From Minisyncoccota bacterium (GTDB lineage Bacteria; Patescibacteriota; Minisyncoccia; Phycocordibacterales; PALSA-1337): 64,000 nt of DNA. Each line of letters starts with the position of its first letter. Positions within the stretch are counted from its first letter, which is position 1. The stretch spans positions 286,335 through 350,334 of the forward strand of contig JBAYFZ010000001.1 in NCBI GenBank assembly GCA_041666915.1, in the 5' to 3' direction. The translations under genes and the position numbers were made by a program. The notes under the pieces are model-generated. The model did not search any database. It saw nothing but the letters and a program-made list of their open reading frames with translations, and was not told the origin of the DNA. This document shows, in pieces, positions 56,964 to 64,000 of this stretch.

Positions 56964-57950
56964 CTAGTGCTTCCTCACCAACCCCAAAAGATGATCCACC
57001 AATTCATGTAAATCACTACCTATAGCACGAAGGGCTTTTGGTACAAGAGATTCTTTTGTAAGACCTGGGAGAGTGTTGACCTCCAGAGCATAAATTCCTC
57101 TCTTTGGATGAATGATAAAATCTGATCTAGAATAATGTCTCAAACCAAAAGCCTGATGAATCTTGCGAGCCAGCTCTTCAACTTCCCTTTTCGTTTCATT
57201 AGAAAAAGTGGCTGGCACTATCTCATGAGATTTATTTGCATACTTTGCGTCATAATCAAAAAAATCTGTAAAAGGACGGATTTCAACTGGTGGCAAAGCG
57301 TATAATTCTTGTGAACGAAAACCTTGGATGACACCACAGGTTGTCTCTATTCCAGAAATATATTCCTCCAAAATAACTGATGGACTATAGTGAGAAGCTC
57401 TCTCCAAAGCTGAGGCCAATTCATCGTAACTACGAATAATAGAAACTCCCACAGATGAGCCACCAGAAGTTGGTTTGACCACTCCAGGTAAGACGAATGA
57501 CTTGAAAAGATGCTTTACCAAACCCTCAGAATTGTTTTTTATTTCTTTTGAAGGAATCTCAATCCAGTGAGGACTCTTGATACCATGATCTTTGAAAACC
57601 TTTTTTGAAATAGCCTTATTCATACCCATAGCTGAACCAACCGAACCAGAACCAGTAAAAGGTATGCCATGAGCTTCTAGTAAATGTTGGACTTTACCAT
57701 CCTCACCATATGTACCATGCAGAGCGTTGAAAGCTATATCTATCCTATGATGAAGTCCGTTTATTGAAACAGGTACACCGTCTATATGCCAAGCACCATT
57801 ACGATCTATGAAAATATCATGAACTTGATATTTGTGTCCGAGATTATCTTGAATAACTTTAATGACAGCAAGACCAGAGTTCATGGAGACTTCGTATTCC
57901 GAACTAGGTCCACCTCGGAGAACACCTACACGTGTGAGAATATTTGGCAT
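56964..57950 (-). CDS. ddl: D-alanine--D-alanine ligase (start at internal MPNILTRVGVLRGG; upstream part of the listed ORF looks like an artefactual extension)
   Basis: VGVLRGGPSSEYEVS N-terminus, ATP-grasp body, EVNTLPGLT C-terminal motif. Confidence 0.85.
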   Translation of the reverse strand: MPNILTRVGVLRGGPSSEYEVSMNSGLAVIKVIQDNLGHKYQVHDIFIDRNGAWHIDGVPVSINGLHHRIDIAFNALHGTYGEDGKVQHLLEAHGIPFTGSGSVGSAMGMNKAISKKVFKDHGIKSPHWIEIPSKEIKNNSEGLVKHLFKSFVLPGVVKPTSGGSSVGVSIIRSYDELASALERASHYSPSVILEEYISGIETTCGVIQGFRSQELYALPPVEIRPFTDFFDYDAKYANKSHEIVPATFSNETKREVEELARKIHQAFGLRHYSRSDFIIHPKRGIYALEVNTLPGLTKESLVPKALRAIGSDLHELVDHLLGLVRKH

Positions 57951-58212
57951 ACCTACATTGTATCGTAAAAGAAGAGACCCCACCAACTTCGCGCGAAGAA
58001 GTAGTGGGGTCAAGGGTCGACATCCAGTTGGAGGTACAAAGGATGTCTTATGGACCGGGAGGAAAGTTCTTTGACGCAAGTCTCGAGCGGTTCCGGTAGT
58101 ATACTAGCATAACCATAGATAAAAGTAAAGAGGGGTTAGAAATAACCAAACACCAATAATCAATAACCAACCACCCATCGTGGCATTTTGGTTATTGGTG
58201 TTTGATTATTGG

Positions 58213-59463
58213 TTATTTCCTAATAATTACTCTCAACCTTCTTAGTCTGTGGTATCTGATAGCAAAACGATGTGCTTCAGCATTCAAAGCAATAATGTCT
58301 TTTTCGTACTTATCAATTAGATCCTGATTCCCTATCAACTTGTCTGCTTTATGATGTTCGTCTTTTGTAACAGCAATTACAGGAATATTTATCCTCCTTA
58401 CTTTCAAAAGATTTTCAGCTGTCCGCATTTGAACTTCATTTCCATCAACAACGATAATATCTGGATAAGTCCATTCCGAATGATTCAATCTTCTTTCCAA
58501 AATTTCAGCCAGACCGGCATTATCATTATTCGCTTCCTTTGATATTTTAAATTTGCGATATTCACTATTTGCCAATTGTCCATTTACAGAGACCGTCATA
58601 GCACCAACAACGTTGGTACCAGAAATATGAGCCACATCATAAGCTTCAATACGAAATTCTTTTCCATTTGTATTCAAAGAATTATCGCTATTTGATTCAT
58701 TTCTCTTTTTTATAAGAGCAATGTCGTTTATATGATCCAGAGCATAGAGCAATCTTTTGGAATGACCAGCCTCCTCAAAACGAAGTTCTTTGATTTCAAT
58801 TTCCATATTCTTTTCAATACTTCTACGCAACTTTTTTGTATTACCTTCAAAAAATAAGACGAGATATCTGATCGTTTGCAAATAGACTTTCCTTGCGCCA
58901 TCACTATCTCTTTCTGGTGAACGGCCAATAGCTTGATAAAAAGCTTCATGTCTAGGATCGTGAGATTTTTTATCTCTAAAAGGAAACATTTTGCGTAAGA
59001 TTTTCAAAGCTTCTTTTATAAGACCAGAATCAGTAAAAGGACCGAATGATTTTAATATTTTAAATTCAATAGTTCCATCAAAAATTGATTTTTCCAAATC
59101 CCTAGCTCTAACCAAAAAAACTCTTGGCCACGACTCATCGGTGATGACTATATATTGGTCACTCTTATCATCTCTTTCATCAACATTGTATATAGGTTGA
59201 TAACGCTTGATGAGAGCACTTTCCAAAATGATTGCTTCCAAGACTGAACCAGTCACCTCACATGTCAAAGATTTGGCTTTTGTGACCATATCTACAATAC
59301 GTGGCCCACGGGTTTCAATAAGATCATTACTAAAATAACTCTTTGTACGATCTTTCAAAGAGGTGGCACGACCTATATATAGAGGACGTTTACGATAATC
59401 CCTGAATATATAGATACCGGGAGATTCCGGCAGTTTGAGTTTTTCTAGGTATTGACGTTTCAT
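58213..59463 (-). CDS. uvrC: excinuclease ABC subunit C, short form lacking C-terminal HhH (start at MKRQYLEKLKLPESPGIYIF)
   Basis: GIY-YIG PGIYIFRDYRKRPLYIGRATSLKDR, UvrBC-interaction region, RNaseH-like endonuclease domain; the first 73 codons of the listed ORF are low-complexity and likely not coding. Confidence 0.8.
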   Translation of the reverse strand: MKRQYLEKLKLPESPGIYIFRDYRKRPLYIGRATSLKDRTKSYFSNDLIETRGPRIVDMVTKAKSLTCEVTGSVLEAIILESALIKRYQPIYNVDERDDKSDQYIVITDESWPRVFLVRARDLEKSIFDGTIEFKILKSFGPFTDSGLIKEALKILRKMFPFRDKKSHDPRHEAFYQAIGRSPERDSDGARKVYLQTIRYLVLFFEGNTKKLRRSIEKNMEIEIKELRFEEAGHSKRLLYALDHINDIALIKKRNESNSDNSLNTNGKEFRIEAYDVAHISGTNVVGAMTVSVNGQLANSEYRKFKISKEANNDNAGLAEILERRLNHSEWTYPDIIVVDGNEVQMRTAENLLKVRRINIPVIAVTKDEHHKADKLIGNQDLIDKYEKDIIALNAEAHRFAIRYHRLRRLRVIIRK

Positions 59464-59518
59464 AATATATAAGATATCATTTGATACAGATAGTTTCAAC
59501 CTCAACAACAAAGGAAAA

Positions 59519-59881
59519 ATGAAGATTATAATGATACATAGAATGGGTGAAATGCGACAAAGTATAGGAAAAATCATCAAACCAGAACATGAATTCCTAC
59601 ATTTTGAAGATGCGAGCGCCAATATTCTAGCCTTTTTAGTATTAACCAAGCCAGATCTGGTAATAATACAACTAAGTATCATTCAGGCAATGGCGACGAC
59701 GGATTTCATAACCACATTAAAAAATATGACATCAGCCGAAGTTTGGATTGTAAGTGGTGCCCTGGATGATGTCGCTATTCAAAACATGAATCTACCCTGG
59801 GTGGATAAAGCTTTGAACACAACGGATATCATTAATGCCCTAAGAGAAAAAGAGCTATTAAGGGCACAGATAACGCAATAG
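59519..59881 (+). CDS. hypothetical protein with degenerate receiver (REC)-like pattern
   Basis: 120 aa; DLVIIQLSI.. pattern without a clear phospho-acceptor Asp. Confidence 0.3.
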   Translation: MKIIMIHRMGEMRQSIGKIIKPEHEFLHFEDASANILAFLVLTKPDLVIIQLSIIQAMATTDFITTLKNMTSAEVWIVSGALDDVAIQNMNLPWVDKALNTTDIINALREKELLRAQITQ

Positions 59882-59945
59882 AACTACCCGCACATTGATA
59901 AAAATTGATGTGCGGTTTTATTTTATCTTAGTTAACAATGATCCT

Positions 59946-62576
59946 TTATTTTATTTTAAGCACCTTCTTCAAATATTTTCCAGTATAACTCTTCTCATTA
60001 TTAGCAATATCCTCAGGAGTACCGCGAGCCACGATGTTACCTCCCTTTTCTCCACCTTCAGGACCAATATCTATGACATAGTCAGCATTCTTGATGAGAT
60101 CAAGGTTATGTTCAATGACTACAACAGTATTACCTTTATCTACAAGCTTCGTAAGTATTTCTATAAGTTTTTTCACATCTTCATAATGCAAACCAACTGT
60201 TGGTTCATCCAAAAGATAAATAGTCTTTTGCATATGGGCACGATAGAGTTCAGAAGAAATTTTGACACGTTGAGCTTCTCCGCCAGAAAGAGTCGTAGCG
60301 GATTGACCAAGTTTGACATAACCCAAACCTACATCAAGCAAAGTCTGGAGACGATCTTCTACAGCTGGAATATCTTTGAAGAATTCCAAAGCTTCTTCTA
60401 TGGTCAATTCCAAAACTTCATGAATATTTTTCTTACGATATTTTATATCCAAAGTCTCCTTCATAAAACGTTTACCATTACAGACGTCGCAAGTAACATA
60501 AACGGTTGGCAAGAAATGCATTTCTACAGCAATTTCACCGTTACCTTCACAAGCCTCACAACGACCACCAGCTCTATTGAATGAGAATCTACTAGCACTC
60601 CAACCACGAGCACGTGCCTCTGGTTCAGATGCAAAAAGCTCACGAATATGTGTCCATGATCCGGTATATGTAGCAGGATTGGATCTAGGAGTCCTTCCTA
60701 TCGGCGATTGGTCAATGAGAATCACGCGACCAATATATTCTGAACCAGAAAAACTCTTGCAGTTGATAAGTTCATTTGAACGAAGACGAGCCTCATAACG
60801 AGCTTGGAGGTTGCGATATAAAATCTCATACATGAGTGATGATTTACCAGAACCAGAAACACCGGTTATGACATTCAAACAAGAAAGTGGTATATCAACA
60901 TCCATATTTTTTATATTGAAAACATGACCACCACGTATCATGATCTTACCTTTTGGTTCACGGCGAGATGTAGAAAAAGGAATAACTTTTTCACCACGAA
61001 GATATGCCAAGGTTGCTGAATTAGAAGTATTTTTCTTGGCAGTCAAAAGTTCATCAAGATATCCAGAAACGACGACTTTACCACCATGAACGCCAGCTCC
61101 AGGACCGATGTCTATCATATAATCAGAAGCGAACATTGTATCTTCGTCATGCTCAACAACGATAATAGTATTACCGAGGTCGCGAAGACGGACGAGTGTA
61201 TTGATGAGTCTGTCGTTATCACGTTGATGCAGACCGATAGTTGGTTCGTCTAGTACATATAAAGCACCGACGAGACCAGAACCGAGCTGTGAAGCTAGAC
61301 GAATACGTTGAGCTTCTCCACCAGAGAGAGTATGGGCACGGCGATCTAGTGTCAGATATTCAATACCAACATTTACCATAAATGAAAGACGATCGGATAT
61401 CTCACGTAAAACGACTTTGGCAATTTCTTTTTCTGATTCAGAAAGTTTAATAGCTTTGAAATATACTACGGCTTTTTCTATGGACATTCCCGTAATTTCA
61501 ACGATATTTTTTCCGTCTACGATGACATGCAGAGCTTCATCACGAAGACGAGCACCTTTACAAGTCAGACAAGGTTTGTCACTAAAAATACTTTCTGTTC
61601 CGAGACCATTACAAGCAGAACAAGCACCGTAAGGTGAATTGAATGAGAATAATCTAGGCTCTATCTCTGGGTATGAAAAACCATCGTAAGGACACATGAA
61701 TTTTACGGACATGAGGACTTCATTTGCGCCAGGATACTCAACTCTGATCAAACCATCAGCTTCTTGAATAGCCCTCTCCAAAGCTTCAGACAATCTCTCA
61801 CGAGCATTATCAGCTTGTTTGGTATCTTTTGTTTGTCCTGAGCTTGTCGAACGGGTTTGTTTGAATTCACTAACGAAAATTTCATCAACCAAAACGTCAA
61901 TGTCATGTTTCTTATTTTTATCAAGAATAATCTGATCGCGAAGTTTATGGACAACACCATCAATACGAACACGTTCATAACCTTTACTGAGCATATCGTA
62001 AAGCATTTGATAATATTCTCCTTTGCGACCAAGAACGACCGGAGCATAAATACGAATCTTTGCATCAGAAATATCTACACCATAAACTTTTTTTGCTTTA
62101 GAAACACGAGTAGTAACAGTATTCAAAATAGTTTCCATGATTTCTTCTTTGGAAACACGGTTGATGGGACGATCACAAACGAGACAATGAGGCTTGCCAA
62201 CACGAGCAAAAAGAACGCGTAAGTAATCATAAATCTCGGTTATGGTAGCAACGGTAGAACGAGGATTATTGGAACGAGACTTTTGGTCAATGGAAATGGC
62301 TGGGGAAAGTCCGGTGATCTCATCAACGTCAGGCTTCTGCATTTTATGTAAAAATTGGCGGGCATAAGCAGAAAGTGACTCCACATAACGACGTTGTCCC
62401 TCTGCAAATATGGTATCAAAAGCTAAAGAAGATTTTCCTGAACCAGAAAGACCAGTGATAGCGATCATTGTGTTTCTAGGCATCTCAACCGTGATATTCT
62501 TGAGATTATGAGTCCTTGCTCCTTTGACTATGATCTTGTCTTCACCGACTATTTTTGGTCTTTTTGATGCGGGCAT
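59946..62576 (-). CDS. uvrA: excinuclease ABC subunit A
   Basis: 876 aa; two ABC ATPase modules (GLSGSGKSSLAFDT, GVSGSGKSSLMYE), zinc fingers CxxC. Confidence 0.95.
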   Translation of the reverse strand: MPASKRPKIVGEDKIIVKGARTHNLKNITVEMPRNTMIAITGLSGSGKSSLAFDTIFAEGQRRYVESLSAYARQFLHKMQKPDVDEITGLSPAISIDQKSRSNNPRSTVATITEIYDYLRVLFARVGKPHCLVCDRPINRVSKEEIMETILNTVTTRVSKAKKVYGVDISDAKIRIYAPVVLGRKGEYYQMLYDMLSKGYERVRIDGVVHKLRDQIILDKNKKHDIDVLVDEIFVSEFKQTRSTSSGQTKDTKQADNARERLSEALERAIQEADGLIRVEYPGANEVLMSVKFMCPYDGFSYPEIEPRLFSFNSPYGACSACNGLGTESIFSDKPCLTCKGARLRDEALHVIVDGKNIVEITGMSIEKAVVYFKAIKLSESEKEIAKVVLREISDRLSFMVNVGIEYLTLDRRAHTLSGGEAQRIRLASQLGSGLVGALYVLDEPTIGLHQRDNDRLINTLVRLRDLGNTIIVVEHDEDTMFASDYMIDIGPGAGVHGGKVVVSGYLDELLTAKKNTSNSATLAYLRGEKVIPFSTSRREPKGKIMIRGGHVFNIKNMDVDIPLSCLNVITGVSGSGKSSLMYEILYRNLQARYEARLRSNELINCKSFSGSEYIGRVILIDQSPIGRTPRSNPATYTGSWTHIRELFASEPEARARGWSASRFSFNRAGGRCEACEGNGEIAVEMHFLPTVYVTCDVCNGKRFMKETLDIKYRKKNIHEVLELTIEEALEFFKDIPAVEDRLQTLLDVGLGYVKLGQSATTLSGGEAQRVKISSELYRAHMQKTIYLLDEPTVGLHYEDVKKLIEILTKLVDKGNTVVVIEHNLDLIKNADYVIDIGPEGGEKGGNIVARGTPEDIANNEKSYTGKYLKKVLKIK

Positions 62577-62663
62577 AGTGGGTGGATATTAACATGAAAA
62601 TGAGCAAAATAAAAGCCCCACATTGCTGTGAGGCCGAGATTACATTCAATCTCGAAAGTTGGG

Positions 62664-63056
62664 TTAATTCTTGATTTTCTTTTGAGCAACACGCACCGTC
62701 TGATAAGTACCCAATTCCTCTTTATACGTGAATCTTGCCACCTGAACAGTATCACCCACAGCAAGTTTTTCACCAACAGAAGAGATGGCGACATATTTAC
62801 CAAAACCACCAATTGAATCACCGTCGAGAACCTTCACTATCTGGGTAATAAAATTGGTTCCTGTAGGAGTCAGCACTTCTACGACAGTTGCTCCATAAAC
62901 TTCTTCTGCCCAGTACATCGTATTACCAGCACGTGTTTCAGTGACCTTTGGCGATTTACATTTATCAACATACACCGCAAATGTCATAATCATGACCATC
63001 GACGCAAACGCAAATACCATCACCGCACTTAAAAGAAAAGTTCTAAACCATCTCAT
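62664..63056 (-). CDS. hypothetical membrane-anchored/secreted protein
   Basis: 130 aa with N-terminal hydrophobic segment. Confidence 0.4.
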   Translation of the reverse strand: MRWFRTFLLSAVMVFAFASMVMIMTFAVYVDKCKSPKVTETRAGNTMYWAEEVYGATVVEVLTPTGTNFITQIVKVLDGDSIGGFGKYVAISSVGEKLAVGDTVQVARFTYKEELGTYQTVRVAQKKIKN

Positions 63057-63553
63057 ACAATAATCTTTCTACATTGTTTTCTGTGGCTCCGTTATTGGCC
63101 ACATCTTTCAAGACTCAGTAAGCCCTAAAAGATGTGGTCAATTCAAAAGAAAATGTCAAAAAACTATACTAACACAATGATAGCACTATATATGCAAAAT
63201 GTCAAGCAATCCACAAACAAAAAACCGCTAGCATCCACACAACCTGTGTGAACACTAACGGTTAGTTATCTGCTAAACCATCTGGCACTTAGCTGGCCGG
63301 ACGATCTTCGCCGATGCCGACGGAGACGTTGAGGTTGAGGTTGAAATTAATTCCGGACTGGCACGTTGCGTTTTTCGGAGGTCCATTCATATGAGGCCTT
63401 TTATTTGGTTGTTTTTCAGAATAATCAGTTTAACTCCACGTTATTACGTGATACAAGTTAAACTTTCTAAATCATTCTGAGACAAAGCTTAGCACACTAT
63501 GATTTTAATGTCAAGTACCTAAAAATACCGTAAAAAACACCCTGAAATCATTA

Positions 63554-64000
63554 TTATTTCCCCTGTCCTACCATTTCTTGCATAACCATATGATTTGAAC
63601 CCTTTTGTTTCTTCTTAACTTCAAAACTAAACTTATCAGCTTTGTAATCAACAGTAATGCGACCACCCTTCGTCACTTCCTCGGCAATGAGCAGGTTGGC
63701 GACTGGAGTCAATATCTTATTTTGAATGAGACGCTTCAAAGGACGAGCACCGTACTGAGGGTTGTAACCTTCTTTTGCCAAATAATCATAAACAGCTGGA
63801 GTGAGGATGAGATCAATATTTTTATCAACAAGACGTTTAACGACTTCGCCAACCTGTATCTCCACAATCTTCTTTATAGATTCACGAGACAAAATATCAA
63901 AAATCATTATGTCATCTACACGATTCAAGAATTCTGGTCTGAAGAAATCTTTCAAAGCTGAATTGATCTTATTTTTGGCTTCTTCATAATTGTCACGATC
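63554..64000 (-). CDS. Clp/Hsp100-family ATPase (ClpB/ClpC-like), C-terminal part only; gene continues beyond the window end
   Basis: FRPEFLNRVDDIMIFD and GARPLKRLIQ are the D2-small domain motifs; the listed Met is really a TTG Leu codon in a frame that stays open to position 64000. Confidence 0.7.
   Translation of the reverse strand, partial: DRDNYEEAKNKINSALKDFFRPEFLNRVDDIMIFDILSRESIKKIVEIQVGEVVKRLVDKNIDLILTPAVYDYLAKEGYNPQYGARPLKRLIQNKILTPVANLLIAEEVTKGGRITVDYKADKFSFEVKKKQKGSNHMVMQEMVGQGK

Noticed and set aside
57951-58079. N-terminal 43 codons of the listed Ddl ORF; also 59464-59682 of the UvrC ORF
   Set aside because: Low-complexity, hydrophobic or Cys-rich extensions upstream of canonical conserved N-termini (MPNILTRVGVLRGG; MKRQYLEKLKLPESPGIYIF). 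The ORF track just extends to the farthest in-frame start.
63293-63391. 33-aa minus-strand ORF MNGPPKNATCQSGINFNLNLNVSVGIGEDRPAS (possible RiPP-like peptide)
   Set aside because: Only a weak AGG upstream and no adjacent modification or transport genes. Too short to call without conservation data.
63953-63955. Met start of the Clp ORF
   Set aside because: The codon is TTG (Leu) and the frame stays open to the window edge. The ORF track evidently renders alternative starts as M, so listed starts elsewhere may also be TTG/GTG.

Overview
This 64 kb window is low-GC bacterial DNA (housekeeping genes around 33-40 % GC by eye). Its gene content is reminiscent of a small-genome or Patescibacteria-like organism: short UvrC, a DUF378 gene, weak or absent Shine-Dalgarno sequences. 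No search was run, so that attribution is tentative. Chromosomal genes lie on both flanks: carbamoyltransferase, family-4 UDG, an ATP-cone/REase-like fusion, mnmA, mltG, leuS and rhuM on the left; ychF, zwf, two tRNA-Ala, ddl, uvrC, uvrA and a partial Clp ATPase on the right. Between them, at about 14.2-51.9 kb, sits a roughly 37.7 kb prophage, almost entirely on the minus strand. Its order is early/replication genes (RecA-like ATPase, replication initiator-like, RusA, Dcm, ParB-N6/N4 MTase), then TerS-like, TerL, portal, scaffold, capsid and tail/fibre genes, a LysM virion protein, holin plus amidase endolysin, and a tyrosine integrase at the far end. The prophage is bounded by imperfect ~30-bp direct repeats that mimic the last codons of the adjacent ychF gene (..EDGxVIEFKI*). 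Two further repeat copies with small remnants lie beyond the integrase, suggesting serial integrations at this site. Between the lysis cassette and the integrase the prophage carries a roughly 12 kb accessory/defence island holding three systems. (1) An MboI/DpnII-type GATC R-M triad (Dam-like MTase, DpnII-family REase, second MTase). (2) A predicted ABC-3C-like operon: small TM protein, 179-aa component, 79-aa middle component, 586-aa coiled-coil ABC/SMC-like ATPase, with an adjacent PD-(D/E)xK-like nuclease gene. (3) A sharply GC-richer (about 53 %) block encoding a complete ubiquitin-like conjugation cassette on one strand: E2(UBC)-like, JAB/MPN peptidase, ThiF/E1-like and a beta-grasp Ubl, flanked by a TrpR/YerC-like protein and two unknown ORFs. 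I consider this the most interesting candidate system. Other notable observations: LeuRS carries a canonical Nudix-box domain inserted in its CP1/editing region. The leuS promoter plus first four codons is duplicated and now heads the rhuM gene. The carbamoyltransferase gene is bracketed by an ~89-bp duplication of the UDG 3' end. An identical 26-nt motif occurs three times upstream of phage structural modules. Two families of intergenic palindromic (MITE/REP-like) repeats are present. All calls come from reading the translations and the sequence; no database search was possible.
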